Part shown: piece by piece, positions 1 to 13,817 of the stretch
How positions within the stretch are numbered: the stretch's first letter is position 1
How the letters are laid out: each line of letters begins with the position of its first letter
NCBI GenBank assembly: GCA_951406725.2
Contig: OX597828.1
Span: forward strand, 70,370,001-70,434,000
Reading direction: 5' to 3'
Source: Octopus vulgaris
Taxonomy: Eukaryota
DNA: 64,000 nucleotides
The notes under the pieces: model-generated
What the model saw: the letters and a program-made list of their open reading frames with translations, nothing else
What the model was told of the DNA's origin: nothing
Database searches by the model: none
Translations under genes and position numbers: made by a program

Positions 1-614
1 GGGCTGGCGAACCAGATGGCCGCACCAGGCTTCAATCTTGATCTGGCAGAGTTTCTACAGCTGGATGCCCTTCCTAACGCCAACCACTCCAAGAGTGTAG
101 TAGGTGCTTTCACATGCCACCGGAACGGGGGCCAGTCAGGCAGTACTGGTAATGACCTCGCTCGAATCTTTTTACACATGCCAACAGCACAGGTGCCAGT
201 AAGGTGATGCTGGTAACGATCATGCTTGAATGGTGTCTTTTACGTGCCACCGGCAAGGAGGCCAGATAGCTGCTCTGGCAACGATCACGCTGGCAACGAT
301 CCAGGATGTAATAAATGCTGGAACATATAGCTAGCCTACAAGAATATTTGCAACCACATGTATGATGATATCAGGGGTTTTGTTCTATGCCTTGACCTGA
401 GTATAGGACAGGGCTCACCTCTTTGAGCTGGGAAATGAATGGAATGTCTGGTGTGTGTCTTGTTGTGACTACCCGCTCCTAAAAAAAAATGGGAGGAATA
501 GGCCTGGGTGTATGAAGAGAAATATGTATGATGGTAGAGTGTTGCACATCCAAGGAAGATCGTTCTGCAAATTCTGGCCAAACAAATGATTTGCTTGATA
601 GTGATCAAATGGTT

Positions 615-820
615 GTAATGTTCATTAGCTCACTCTGTCTCTATCAAATCAACGTTGCCTGAACAGATGCACGGTGTACCACATGTCAGGTTTCAAAGTG
701 ATAGCAGAGCAACATGTTTTTGCTCAAGAACTCACTGAACCACCCAGTTCAGGAATTGAAACCACAATCATGAGATCATGAATGCAGCACCCTAACCACT
801 AGCCCATGCACCTTCACAAT
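615..820 (-). mobile_element. tRNA-derived SINE family D
   Basis: Minus-strand head with tagtggttagggtg and gtttcaattcc boxes, then cttgagcaa; related pieces at 5690-5990(+) and 9690-9860(-). Confidence 0.65.
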
Positions 821-1823
821 AATCACATGTATGGCCTGTGGGTTACTGATAGCAGAAATTACTAGGTAACCATGATAGCACTACATGTAGAAATTATGAG
901 CTTATGTGTTAACTGTAAGGTCCTTAGCAAAGGGCAAAACCCGTTGTGTGGTATGTTTTTTGTAGTAGAGAGTAAGGATCTCTGTGCCAGCCACATGTAT
1001 ATTAGTCATGAGTTGCCCACAAGAGGGGGCAAGTGTAAATATTAGGGCAACTCATTTACAGGGTACGTATAGCCTGAAGATAAGGGTATAGACAAGGGTA
1101 ACGTGTATGAAAGTATAAGGTTACATCTTTAGGGGTGGGGTACAGATGAGGGGGATAATATTTTGGAAGTTGGTAGGAAAGATAGATTTCCTGAGGGAAG
1201 AATCAATGCAGAAGATGGAAATGATGTGAGCCCACACATCACGTGATGAACATATCAGACATGGAGATGGAAGTGTGTTTTTATATGCGTCTCTAGTTAT
1301 ACTCTATGCAGATGTGCATGCACAAAATACTCAAAAATATAGTTTACATACATACATACATGTGTGTGTGTGTGTGTGTATGTGAGTATGTGTGTGTGTG
1401 TGTGTGAATTTATACACACACAATCACACATACACACATAACCTGATGTAACTTTCATGCAGGTATATGTAATCCGGGTTAAGACAATCCCATATGTAAA
1501 TACGTGTGTGTGTGTGTGTGTATGTGATATATATATATGTGTATATATATGTATGTATATATGATTTTGTATACAACACAATATCATCATGTATGTAGGT
1601 TTGTATAAATATAAGTGTGTGTACATACACACGCCACACACACACACTGATATGTATACTTGTGTACATAAAGATAGATACATTTGCATACATAAATACA
1701 TGCATGCACACACGTGCACGTGTGTGTACATATATATGTACATAGAATGATAGACAGACAGACAGACAGTAAGATTGACAGAAAGAGGGAAACAAGTTGC
1801 AAACACACACACATTTATATGTT

Positions 1824-1859
<36 letters not shown>

Positions 1860-2336
1860 CACTCACTCATGTGTTGTTGGTTAAAGAGTATATAAGTTTA
1901 AGTCAGAAATTAATTGTAAACAGATGGAAATGTTTCGCACGATGCATACAAATTTAGTGTGTATGCTTCCGTGTGTGATACGTCTGTGAGTGTATAAATA
2001 TTCATATTATACATGCACACACACACTCACCATCTTCATCATGTGCATGTTTATACATATATGTATGTCTGTATGTATGTGTGTCTATACATACACTCAC
2101 ACACACATACATATATAAAAATATATATTATACTTATACGACACACACCTATACATGCACATAGCACATATATATATATCCATATAACACACAATGTATA
2201 TATTTTATATATATACATATACATCTATATACATGCATGTATGTATTTGTATGTACATCTTTCATTGTCTGTCAAGATACACTTTGTATGTACACATGTA
2301 TCTATGTATGCTTATGTTTATCTCTACCAATATCTA

Positions 2337-2373
<37 letters not shown>

Positions 2374-4516
2374 TTACATCATACATACACACACACATAT
2401 AAACATGCATGTTTTATAGTATATAGACAGACAGATGTATTTCATTGTATTCTGGCGGACACACCTATTTCTTTCTAAGTAGATAGACAGATGTCCCAGT
2501 CCTGTGTATACAACCATATATATATAAATGTGTGTGTGTGCATATATATATGTGTGTGTGTGTATGTGTATGTTACAGTATGTAGATGATGCTATGTGTT
2601 GCAGTGTACAAAGGTTTACAAAATTATGCAACGGATGTTATTCAAGGCACCGGCCCAACTCCGTTTTTCTGATAATAAGACCTACAAAGGACAACGTTAT
2701 CCAATCGCAGTTCTTTGTTTTTCTTCTGTGTTTATAAGTTGGTTTGTCGAATGTTATATGTTGACAAAATGAATCAAAGCAGATTGGTGGTTGGAGATAA
2801 TACATATAATCTAACCGATTTGTGTTATACAAGGAGAGCAGGCGGTGGGGAGGGGGTATATGCTCCACCCACCCCATCCTGAAACAAAGGGAATACAAGC
2901 CATTTGTGTATACAGTCATGGAACCCTTAAATTCAACGATTGCAACAACTTGAAAAATCTTATTTTTATTCAAAATACTGCATTATTTTCTGGCTGTAAT
3001 GTTTCAACAGCTGTCTTCAGTTCTTGTGTCATGTCTGCTGCAAAACTTGGCAAGATATCTTTCAAGGAATTTTCTCTATGTTGTTCGTTGTTGTTGTTGT
3101 TCTGTGGTTCTTGTGGCAGTGGGTAGGGATTGGGAAGGGGTTGGGGTGGGGGTACTTATGTCTGCATGATGTAGCAATGGTTTTGTCTTGGGAGAAGAAT
3201 GTGCTGCCACAGAATACAAAATGCCAGTTGGCTAGATTTTGGTAAATGTTAGAGAGATAAGGGTGAAGAAGTATGACATGGTTCTGAAATTAGGGTCAGT
3301 GGTAAAAGTTCTTCAAATGTTGCCATTGTGATAAGAAGGGTCGACGGGGTTGGGCAGGGATGGGCAGGATTGGAGGAGAAGGATAAATAGGAGAATTAAG
3401 TAAGTTTTAAAGACACTCATCATTGGCAGGAAGTTAATAGCATTCACAGAAGTAAATTCGGTTCCTCTATGTGTGGTGCCGATGCCAAACATGTGGTTTA
3501 TATATGGAACACTCAGCTGAGAGAACAGTTCTTAGATTGGGGATTTGGTACTCAGCTTTTAAAGTAACCCTGAGAAAACAAGCTCACAACTTCTTCCTTT
3601 CATAAATGAATGTGATATATTTACTGGTATTATGTAATTCCGTTAACAGTTGCCATATGTTGGCCTTGGCAAGGGGTACCCTTCCACTCTTTCATCCCTC
3701 ATAAAAGCTATTATTTTTCTCTCCTTAAACTTCTGCTCTTGCTATTTACCTTTACTTTGCTGTATTTCTGCAACAAATTCGTGTTTTTTTGTTGCAAGCC
3801 ACATGGCTGTAACGATACAGTAGAGTAACACATACCTGATGGGGTCCGGGTTTGTTGTCAAAAGCAAAAAAAAAGAGAAGCATTTAGCAGTTATTAGAAT
3901 CAGAGTAGGTGCTGTCGAGGCTGTGTAGTTAGAAGTTCACTTCCAAACCGCATGGTTTAGGGTTCACTTCCATTGTGCAGCACACCTCAGACAAGTGTGG
4001 TGTGTGTTCTGTTATGACCTTCAATTGACCAAAGCTTTCTGAATGAATTTGGTAGAAAGAAACTGAAAGAAGCCTCTGTGTGTGTCTGGTTACATGTTGC
4101 TGTTATTTCCTCTGTTAATGGATCATCCACAGCCTTTGCACCTTCAAAGACATGTGAGTCAGGCCTTGGCTATTATCATTTTGGCTGCTATTTCTAGTAG
4201 GTTGAACCTTTTCAGTGACTCCCTCCTTAGCTCAGTGGTGTTAAGCAAGGTGGCATATTAGGCCTTCCCTTATTAACATTGCATATTACTTTTAATTGGG
4301 GGCTATGACAGACACTGTAAATTACTGGTATTAATGGCTGTGGATATTAAGTTACATCCCTTTTGTGTTGTGAGACTTTGAGGGGCCAACTCTATCATTT
4401 GTTCTTCTGTGATTGATAGAATATTCACCAGTTAAGTACTGAGGTTGATTATAACACCTAAACCTCTTCTGCAAGCCAAGAACGTCAAGTATTGAGGAGG
4501 AATCTAATATCTGCAC

Positions 4517-4772
4517 CAATGGTTCTCAACCATTTTTTACCTATGGACCCCTCTGATTTCTGTATTACTCAAGTGGACCCCCATAGCCATTTGATGCTTA
4601 AAAAATCTTATTGTATTTTCATCGTTAAATATTATTAAAAACTGTACAAAAAATTGTTAAAATATTTTGTGTGTTGTGTAGAATTGTAAGCAATTTTATT
4701 GCACAAAAATTTTAGCAACATAATCTTATGTGGACCCCTGAGGCCCATATAGACCCCAATTGAAAACCTCTG
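4517..4772. mobile_element. hAT-like MITE
   Basis: Ends caatggttctcaacc / ttgaaaacctctg with repeated ggacccc subterminal motifs; partial related copy at about 46960-47097. Confidence 0.65.
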
Positions 4773-4847
4773 ACCTTACTCCAACCTGCTAAGAATTTGT
4801 GTTTTGGGCCTTGTTTTATAAACCCTTATATTTGTTTTGTTTTCCAG

Positions 4848-4956
4848 GAGATCAAATTTTAGAATGGAATGGTATTGAATTAACTGGTAAAACTTATGAA
4901 GAAGTTCAACAAACAATCTCACATCCAAATGGTGAGATCGAGCTGGTTGTCCGGCC
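4848..4956 (+). CDS. PCLO: Piccolo/Fife-like gene, first exon in window (C-terminal half of PDZ domain)
   Basis: Acceptor tttgttttgttttccag and donor gtaagt; phase 1 to 2. Translates (G)[36 protein letters not shown], close to the recalled Piccolo PDZ segment [32 protein letters not shown] and less similar to RIM. Confidence 0.92.
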
Positions 4957-4989
4957 GTAAGTGGTTTCTTTCTTCACCTCATACACTTT

Positions 4990-5330
4990 GGGTTTTTTTT
5001 TTGTAATATCTTGATAACTGTAATGTCAGGAGACAGAGAAGAGTGGTTTCTATTGTTCTCTGTTTTTGTCTTGTACAGAAAGTCATGTCGACTGTACCAC
5101 AAGGGGTACAAAAACTGTTTTGCGATTGAGCAAGAACCTTCTCCATAAAGATCTTGGGGATGGTTTACAAGGATTCTTTTAAAAATTTTTCCTGTGATGG
5201 TCAACAATGGTATTTCATGATAATGCCCACCTAATTTTCCATCTCCTTTCTTGAAGATAGGAAAAGGCTTTTGACAGTCTGCCAAGAGAAGCCATGTGGA
5301 TGGCCCCTCAACATTTTGATTGCCCAAACT
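4990..5330 (-). mobile_element. RTE-clade LINE RT fragment
   Basis: PIFKKGD....YHEIPLLTITGKIFKRILVN, a decayed form of KKGD..NYRGISLL...GK...RIL. Confidence 0.7.
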
Positions 5331-5381
5331 ACTTCACCCCATGCGTTCATGTGCTGTTTGATTTTACATAAGATGTTTTAA

Positions 5382-5600
5382 GGTGGTGAGCTGGCAGAAT
5401 CGTTAGCACAGCGGGTGAAATGCTTAGCGGTATTTTGCCTGTCGTTACGTTCCGAGTTCAAATTCCACTGAGGTCAACTTTGCCTTTCATCCTTTCAGGG
5501 TCAATAAATTAAGCACCATTTGAGTACTGAGGTCAATGTGATCGACTGTCCCTGTCCCCACAAAATCCGGGCCATGTGCCTTTAGTAGAAAGGATTATAT
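5382..5600 (+). mobile_element. SINE family A
   Basis: Same head and core. Further copies near 6750-6945(+), 19230-19450(-), 21921-22125(+), 26255-26470(-), 26575-26790(-), 41100-41320(-), 46290-46480(-) and 53665-54195(-, interrupted). Confidence 0.85.
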
Positions 5601-5994
5601 AAGATGCTTTCCATTAACAAACTTTCAACCCCTTCCTGGTTATATGTGGGTTGAAGAAGGGATACATTCGTCTACGTATGCTTCACACCTGGCTTAGTGG
5701 TTAAGGTATATGGCTCGCAATATTAGTTCAATTCCTGGTGGCATATTGTGTCTTGAGCAAGACAATTTATTTCATGTTTCTCCAGCCCACTCAGTTGGTA
5801 AATTTGTGTTGTACCTGTATTTCATAAGGGCCAACCTTGTCATGTTTTGTGTCACATTAAATCTTCCTCTTAAGGGTACACATGTCTATGGAGTACTCAA
5901 CCACTTTCACTTTAATTTCACAATCAGGCTTTTCTGTTAGTCATACCAACTGGAACACTTGTTGTCATAACCAACAGAGTGCCAGGCAGGCTGC

Positions 5995-6660
5995 ACCCCC
6001 TATTTTTGTCAGTGATGCATTTTGAATTTTCTCCACACAACTCAGGGGTTGACATCAGATTTTCTTTTGATGGTGATCAATAGAACATAACCAGATTCCA
6101 GCCTCATTGATTTACCAGTGTCCAACACATCTCACAGCTTTAATACACATTGACAATGCCATCGTCTGTGGCAGCAGGAATTCCTGAAATCAGTCAACAA
6201 CTTCACCAATGTCTATGACTGTTTTGGCTTTGACTGTGAATATCAGGAAGTTCAAGGAATTTGCCCAACCTGCTCCAAAGTACAACCTCCATGATTTCAG
6301 CATCATCATCTTTGAAACAGCTTTCCACCAACCACTTTCCCTACTTTGGAAGCTTTTTTTTTTCTTCTGAAAAACGAAATTTGAAAAGAAATGTGGAACA
6401 CATAATTAGATCCACTGATTCAGTATTTGGAAACTGGCAAAAAAAAAAAAAAAGCCTTTAAGAACAAAGACCAAAGCCAAAAGAATGAGACTAACGGTTT
6501 ATCAAGCTATTGTCATTTCAGTATTATTATACAGTTGTGAAAGATGAGCACTTTATTGTTGGAACATCAAAAAGATGGAGTTTTTCACTCAACAAAAGCT
6601 CAGTGCCATCTTTAATATCAAATGGGAGGATTTCGTAGCCAATAATGATGTTCTAGAAAG
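5995..6660 (+). mobile_element. RTE-clade LINE RT C-terminal fragment
   Basis: FPYFGS, VYQAIVISVLLYSCE and IFNIKWEDFV.NN.VL motifs. Confidence 0.7.
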
Positions 6661-6949
6661 AAAAAAAAACACACATGAAACATAGAAGCAAGCAAAGTGA
6701 AGTGCTGGGTAAAATGGTTTGGAAATGAGATTAGAAAATGGCAAACCAGCAGAATCATTAAGATGCCAGACAAAATGCTTAGCAGCATTTCGTCTGTTCT
6801 GAGTTCAATTTCTACTTTGGTTGACTTTGCCTTTCATCCTTTTGGGCTCGATAAAATAAGTACCAGTTGAGTACTGGAGGTCAATGTACTTGACTAAGCC
6901 CCTGCCCTGAAATTGCTGGCCTTGTGCCAAAATTTGAAACCATTGTTAT

Positions 6950-7190
6950 AACTCAGGTTCAGTCTTGTTCCTGATAGGATTTTTGTGGGTAGTGGGTTAC
7001 TACTTGGAGCCTTAGGCAGTCTTTCAAGTGCTTAGAACCTTCCTGATAAACCTTGCTACCCTTAGAGACAAACTTTCTGTTAGACCTCAACAGGGCAGTC
7101 TATTTCAGTGTCCTTCAGCCATTTGGGCATATCTTTGTTTACTGTTCCCAACGCACCAATTATTATAGGCACAACCTAAATCCTTATGGT
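6950..7190 (-). mobile_element. Second R4/Dong-type 3' fragment
   Basis: Minus strand VVPIIIGALGTVNKDMPKWL...FIRKVL*. Confidence 0.7.
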
Positions 7191-7223
7191 TAATAAAGAA
7201 ATCATTATTATTATTATTATTAT

Positions 7224-7631
7224 TGCCTTTGCACAGCTTCTAACAGTGGAGATGTATTACAGTGTCAGCTTGTCACTACCAGTGAACTAAGGTAACACCT
7301 ATTATTTTTCGAGCACCTTCTGGAGTATTCAAGTGGTTCCAAGCAGTGCTGTTTTCTGCAAGTGCTCCACCCTTATTGCAATCCCTATTTGTTCCATATA
7401 CTTCTCAAGATTTTTATTCACTCTTCCCAGGGCTCTGACAATTATTGGTACTACTACCACCTTTTTTCATCAACCACAACTGCTTAACTTCCCAAGCTAA
7501 CCTGTCATATCTCTCGACTTTTCTTTCTTCCATGTCGCATACCTTGTTGTCAGCTGGGCATGCTATATCTATGATCCAGCATAGTTTGTTTTCTTTCTCA
7601 ATGAAGAATATGTCTGGCTTCCTATTCTCTA
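7224..7631 (-). mobile_element. R4/Dong-type LINE 3' end
   Basis: Minus strand ENRKPDIFFIEKENKLCWIIDIACPADNKV...RYDRLAWEVKQLW; flanked by (TTA)n on both sides. Confidence 0.85.
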
Positions 7632-7751
7632 TTGTTATTATTATTATTATTATTAAATATTATCATCATAAAAAGCAAAATATAGTTAATTCCTGGCTAA
7701 CTTAGTGTGTGATGGTCCCTTAACTCCAGATTTATTTTTTTCTCATTTCAG

Positions 7752-7864
7752 AGGCACCAAATTATGTCCAAAAGACGGAGAAGGTGGAAACCTTCAAGAT
7801 GGAAGTTGTCATTCGTCTTACGATAACCTGGAATATATCAGCGACGATGATGATGATGAATATG
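7752..7864 (+). CDS. PCLO: Piccolo-like gene, linker exon
   Basis: Acceptor ttttttctcatttcag and donor gtacgt; phase 2 to 1, in frame with neighbours. GTKLCPKDGEGGNLQDGSCHSSYDNLEYISDDDDDEY. Confidence 0.8.
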
Positions 7865-8399
7865 GTACGTATGATACTTACTTAGTCCTTCACCTCCCCT
7901 CCACACGCACCACACTATGCCACCTCGATGGCTCCCCCAGGTGTCATTTTTGTAACATAGCATTATTTGTATTTATAATTATTATCATTCATTAATGTCC
8001 ACTATTATTATTTGTCACTGTCTTTGTTAATCCATCCATGACATCCCATCATATTAGTTGACCCAGTTCAGGCCCTCAAGCTCTTTGTTAATGGTCAGCT
8101 TCTTTAGAATTAAGATTAGCCGAGAGGTTGGTGTAACACCTTTGTGTTGATTTGATCAAAGGGACTTTCTCTTTTGTAGCTGTCTTTGATTCTTTGGTCA
8201 ATATATTGTGTGATCTACTCACACACACACACACAAAGCAGTCACACACACATATAGCTGCCTACATGTGTGCGTATATGTGATGGAGACATAACTGTGT
8301 TTCTGTGTGATGAAAGTGTATAACAGTGAGTGTGTATATATGTGACATAGGTGTTTAGCTGAGTGTATCTGTATATCTATGTTTGTGTGTTGAGTGTTC

Positions 8400-8822
8400 A
8401 AATCTGATATATGTATATTAGCATGTCTATGTATGTATGTATGTATGTATGTATATATGTATGTATGTATGTGTATGTATGTATATATGTGTGTGTATGT
8501 ATGTATGTATGTATGTATGTATGTATGTATGTATGTATGTATGTATGTGTTTGTATGTATGTATGTATGTATGTATGTATGTGTGTGTATGTATGTATGT
8601 ATGTATGTATGTATGTATGTATGTATGTATGTGCGTGTATGTATGTATGTGTGTGTATGTATGTATGTATGTATGTATGTACGTATGTATGTATGTATGT
8701 ATGCATGCATGTATGTATGTATGTATATGTATGTGTGTGTGTATATATATATATTACTTTTGATGTGCCAACACAAAAATCTTGGCCCCTGGGTTATGTA
8801 ACTTCTACCAATTATTAATAAA

Positions 8823-8860
<38 letters not shown>
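8400..8860. repeat. (TATG)n/(TA)n microsatellite field, representative of dozens in the window
   Basis: Directly visible; source of the YI/MYVC/HT-rich pseudo-ORFs. Confidence 0.95.
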
Positions 8861-8863
<3 letters not shown>

Positions 8864-9464
8864 TCGTGTTTTGAGATCTATTTTCCTATTTACTTCACGA
8901 AACCTACTCCGTGTGTGTGTATCAGTCTCCATGTATATGTAACGTGCATATATATATTTGTGCGTGTGTGTGTATCAGTCTGCATGTATATGCAATGTGC
9001 ATATACATCTGTGTGCATGTGTGTGTGTCTGTGTGTATGTATCTCACATATATGTGGATATGCCACACAATAATAGCAATGACGAAGTAAATAATGCATA
9101 AAGCATTGTAAAATAAAATCCATAGAATACGAAACAACTTTATCATATCCCACGATTATTGATTTGTTATAAACATTATCCCATGCCACAGCTAGAGATG
9201 ATGGAGATATTTGAGAAGATATGAAATAAGTGAATCCAGCTGTAAATGATACAGCATGTAGATATCCTGGGTTAAAATGCCCTTAGATTGAGAGAAAGTG
9301 GAAGGCTACATGTGGGATTGAAACCTGCTTCTGTTATACTACGCAACTGTAAATATTGCTACCAAAGTTCAACTTGTTATGAAGCTTCTCCACTCTGACT
9401 GCCGTAGATATGCAGGGGATAATGCACACACATTCATGTATCCCTTTTTTTCCTCTTTTATTTT

Positions 9465-9500
9465 TCTTTTGATGAAGGACTAGCATCCAAAACGTCAAGA
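9465..9500 (+). ncRNA. Decayed minimal hammerhead motif
   Basis: tctt-TTGATGA-a-gga.ctagca.tcc-AAAAC-GTC-aaga. Stems I and II intact; C3>T and G12>A; ACGT palindromic stem III typical of Penelope-type minimal hammerheads. Confidence 0.55.
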
Positions 9501-10218
9501 CTCTTTCCATTCTTATTAAGTGTTACACTGGCCTCCTATACATATATGCATATATATATATATATATATATATAAATTTAAATAATGAGGGAGATAAATC
9601 GAATATTAATTTAATTAACATCAATTTAAAACCAGTAGCCAGAATTTTCTCTGATTTTATATATATGCATATATATATAATGAACTCTCCTGTCGTTAGC
9701 AAACAACCACACACATGATTTGTTTATAGTGATGAAATGTTTGTGTAGACATAAGCTCACTCCTTCCATCAGATTGACATTACCTGTACAGGTGCAAGGG
9801 GTGCCACATGTCAGGTGACGAAATGATCGCAGAGCAACATGAAATGAAGTACTTTGCTCATGGCATTAGGTTGGTAATTTCAGGGGAGAGAGAGAAAGTC
9901 AATTACACCAACCCCAGTAGTCTACAGGTACTTATTTTATCGACCCTGACAAAAACACCATTAAGCATTTACCCAGAATACTAACAATTCTGTTGGCTGA
10001 CTGCCTTGATAATAATAATAATAATAATAATAAACAGACGGTAAATGTGGGGGTTTACATATAAGGAAATGATAAAATAAATAAACAAATAAAAAAAATA
10101 TGCACAGTATACAGTGAAAAGGAAAGGAAATATACTTAGTATACAAAGATAAACTGGAAAAAGGGGGTGGAGGATGATAGAGTTGTAGTCCTCAATAATA
10201 ATAATAATAATGATGATG

Positions 10219-10280
<62 letters not shown>

Positions 10281-10281
<1 letters not shown>

Positions 10282-10828
10282 GCCCTGATGCAGTACCAGG
10301 CAGTGGCTCTCATGGCTTCTGATCTTAACTGATTGGAAGTGTTATCATGTACATTGTTTTGTCTTGGTATAAAAGATGGGCCACAGCAAACATTCTGCTC
10401 AATACCACAGATTTGCTTGTCAGTTGTTTGACCTTAACCAGTTGAGCATGTCCCTTAGTGGCTGACGATATGTGCATTTCTGATCATGAGCAGAAGTAGT
10501 CGGCGAGCATCATAGCCATGTGTTGAGAGGGATTCTTTGGGGTCTGAATGATTCACCTCTAGAAACATGGGTGTTTCATTCAACATCCTTAAACAACCCT
10601 TAATCAAGGACCTTTTGAGTGGGATGGGTTACCCAACCAGAAGAAAATTCTAACTGGGCCCCACCCGCAAGGTCATGTGCTGTTTATCTTGATATGAGAT
10701 CACCATGTCGCGCACATATGGTTGTGATGCATGTGCCTGGTGTACCTTTATCAGACGGGTAGTCATGATGGTTATACTGGGCTTCGTATATTTGTACCCC
10801 AGTGTCACTTTGATGGCATGAACTGCTC
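10281..10828. mobile_element. About 550-bp non-coding interspersed repeat embedded in (TAA)n, copy 1
   Basis: Colinear and highly similar to 42896-43449; TAA tracts on both sides. Confidence 0.85.
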
Positions 10829-10869
<41 letters not shown>

Positions 10870-11359
10870 TGATTTCATTTATTTGCTACAAGGGAGGGCA
10901 ATGAGTGGGAACAATACAGATAATCAAAAGGATTTGTTATTTTGACTTGATTAGTGGATAACGAGTTAAATATATAAAATCAGAAATGTTATGCATAGAT
11001 AAGATATGGATTGAGATGAAAGGAAGGAGATGTAAGTGGTATGATGATGATGATGATGATGATGATGTGGTGGTGGTGGCGGTGGTGGTGGCGGCAGCAG
11101 TGGTGGTGGTGGCGGTGGTGGTGGCGGTGACGGTGGTGAGGTTTAGCTTCAAGTCAACTCAAACAGAGCGAACTTCTGATCATCAACATTCCAAACATGA
11201 CCATTGCACTTTTTTAAGCATATCTAGGACTACATTACAGGATACATCCCTTCCTCATTCTAAACAGTGGAGTGTGTTTAGACTGCTGTTCCTAGCAAGT
11301 GAGTGACCACTTGGCGGTGCAATCATTTGTTCAAAACAGGGGGATGTAGATGTTGTTGC

Positions 11360-12530
11360 TGTTGTTGTGATGTTGATGGTGGAGGTGGTGGTGATGGTGG
11401 CGGTGGTGGTGGTGGCGGCGGCGGTGGTGGTGCTTTAATAAGAATGGTGATAGACTCCCTTTTAAGCTGAAATCAAGCAACACAAGCTTAACCCAGTTAA
11501 ACTCTGAGTTCAAATTCTGGTGTCTTCCCATCAGGTAAGTACTGTAGGGAGGGGGTGGGGTGAGAAAGGGTCGCTTGGGTGGTGGTGGTTACACTCATTA
11601 ATCATTGATTTTCTTCAACATCATCATCATCATCATCATCATCATTTCACTGGTGATTGCTTTGTTGTTCTTCTTCATGTTGTTGTAATGTTGTTTCATA
11701 ACTTTGGTGCTGTTGTTGTTTTGATGCTGTTGGGTCATGGTCATGATGATGATGATGATGATGATGATAATGGTGATGGTGGTGGTGATGGTGATGGTGA
11801 TGATGGTAATGATTGTGGTGGTGGTGGTGATTGTGGTGGTGGTGGTGATGGTGATGATGATGATGATGATGATAATGGTGGTGGTGGTGGTGGTGGTGGT
11901 GATGGTGATGATGGTAATGATTGTGGTGGTGGTGGTGGTGGTGGTGGTGGTGATTGTGGTGATGATGGTGATGATAACAATCATGATGGTAGTTATGGAA
12001 TGTGATGATGTTGACAACAATGACAACAGCGATGATGATGAGGAGGAGAAGCAGAAGGAAGCTGATCATTGATGATGATGATGGCGTTATTTGTGGTGGT
12101 TGTGGTGATGGTGGTGGTGGTGGAGATTGTGGTGGTGGTGATGGTGCTGGTTGTGGTGGTAGTGATGGTGCTGGTGATGATGGCAATGATTGTGGTGGTG
12201 GTGGTGGTGGTGATGGTGTTGGTTGTTGTGGTGGTGATGGTGGTGGTGGTGGTGGTGGTGGTGGTGGTGATAATGCTGCTGCTGCTGATGATGATGATGC
12301 GCTGTTAGTGTTAGTCATTGTTGTTGTTGTTGTTGATGATGGCGATGGTGGTAGTAGTGATCATGGTGATGCTCTTGATAATGGTGATGAGGAGGGTTAT
12401 GATGATGATGACGACAAGGAAGAGGTGAAGGTGGAAGGAGGAGAGTGACAATGATTGTAATGAGTACGATGGTGATGATGATGATGATGTGGTGACAATA
12501 GTGACTATGTTGATGATGACGATGATGACA

Positions 12531-12566
<36 letters not shown>

Positions 12567-12610
12567 GTGGCAAAGGTGGCAATGATGACAGTGGTGATGG
12601 TGATGAAAGG
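11360..12610. repeat. Compound GGT/GAT triplet repeat field
   Basis: Directly visible; similar fields at 15795-16060, 27350-27590, 50410-50690, 51740-52420 and 59915-60270. Confidence 0.95.
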
Positions 12611-12955
12611 CTTTGGTCAGTCAACCAGTGTCTGTAGTAGAAGACCGCTGGCCAAGGCACCACACTGTGGGATTGAACCTGAAACAATGGGTTCAGAAGG
12701 GTAAAGAAAAACCCCTCTTAATCCCCATCAGACACAACTGCACCTACAAGCTACCCCTACAGAATAGAATTCATCTTATTATGTGTGTTGTAGTCCTGAT
12801 TCAGTATTATCCAAACAAAGCCGTAACGAGATGACATCTTAGCCATGAGGTTTGTTGTTTCGCTTCGTTCAGCTTTATATCTTTGTAAAGACTTGTTGGC
12901 TTTTAGCTTTGTTTCAGTTTAAATTCAGCTTTGTTTTTGTTTTTTTCAAAATGCA

Positions 12956-13024
12956 AACCACCTGATGAATGACTGTAACTCGAAAATTTAAAGAAATTAA
13001 CAGCCATGAAATGATCGTAGTGTT
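12956..13024 (+). ncRNA. Type I hammerhead motif with long stem II
   Basis: aaccac-CTGATGA-atgactgt...acagccat-GAA-atgatcgt-A-gtgtt. Intact core; stem II 7 of 8 pairs; stem III is the palindrome ACGATCGT with one CpG-type change; GUA triplet; bulged stem I. Confidence 0.7.
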
Positions 13025-13149
13025 ATATTAATTATATTTTTTTAATAATTTTGTTATATATTTAAATAATATAAATTAAATAATCTTATGTATTGGCTTA
13101 AGTTTTTCATTGTATGATTTGCCTAATAGCGGTTTTGTCGCTAATTTAA

Positions 13150-13191
<42 letters not shown>

Positions 13192-13197
13192 ATATAC

Positions 13198-13240
<43 letters not shown>

Positions 13241-13267
13241 GTATATATATATATATATATATGTATG

Positions 13268-13329
<62 letters not shown>

Positions 13330-13368
13330 GTATATACATGTATATATATATATGTATATATATACATG

Positions 13369-13471
<103 letters not shown>

Positions 13472-13704
13472 ATATCGAGGGAAAAGGGTACTCAGTATAT
13501 AATGCTGAGTATATATATATATATATATAATTTTGAAGCTGAAGAAACTAACTACACTAGTTATTAAAGTGGCTTGAGATTTATTTGTCAAACAAGTGTT
13601 ACATACAAGACTCTGATGCTCATTTAGCTACAGAAGTGCTTTCAGCTAACACACACACATATTTGCATGCAAAATACATACATACATATATACACATATA
13701 TATT

Positions 13705-13741
<37 letters not shown>

Positions 13742-13817
13742 GTGTGTGTTTATCAATTCATTTTGCAAGATTCCTGCTTTGAAATTCTGTGTTGAAACAG
13801 ATATTCTTCTATTTCTA

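Noticed and set aside
10455-10520. CTGACGA in the 550-bp TAA element as a ribozyme core
   Set aside because: No downstream GAAA or stem III, and no HDV-like fold could be built by eye.
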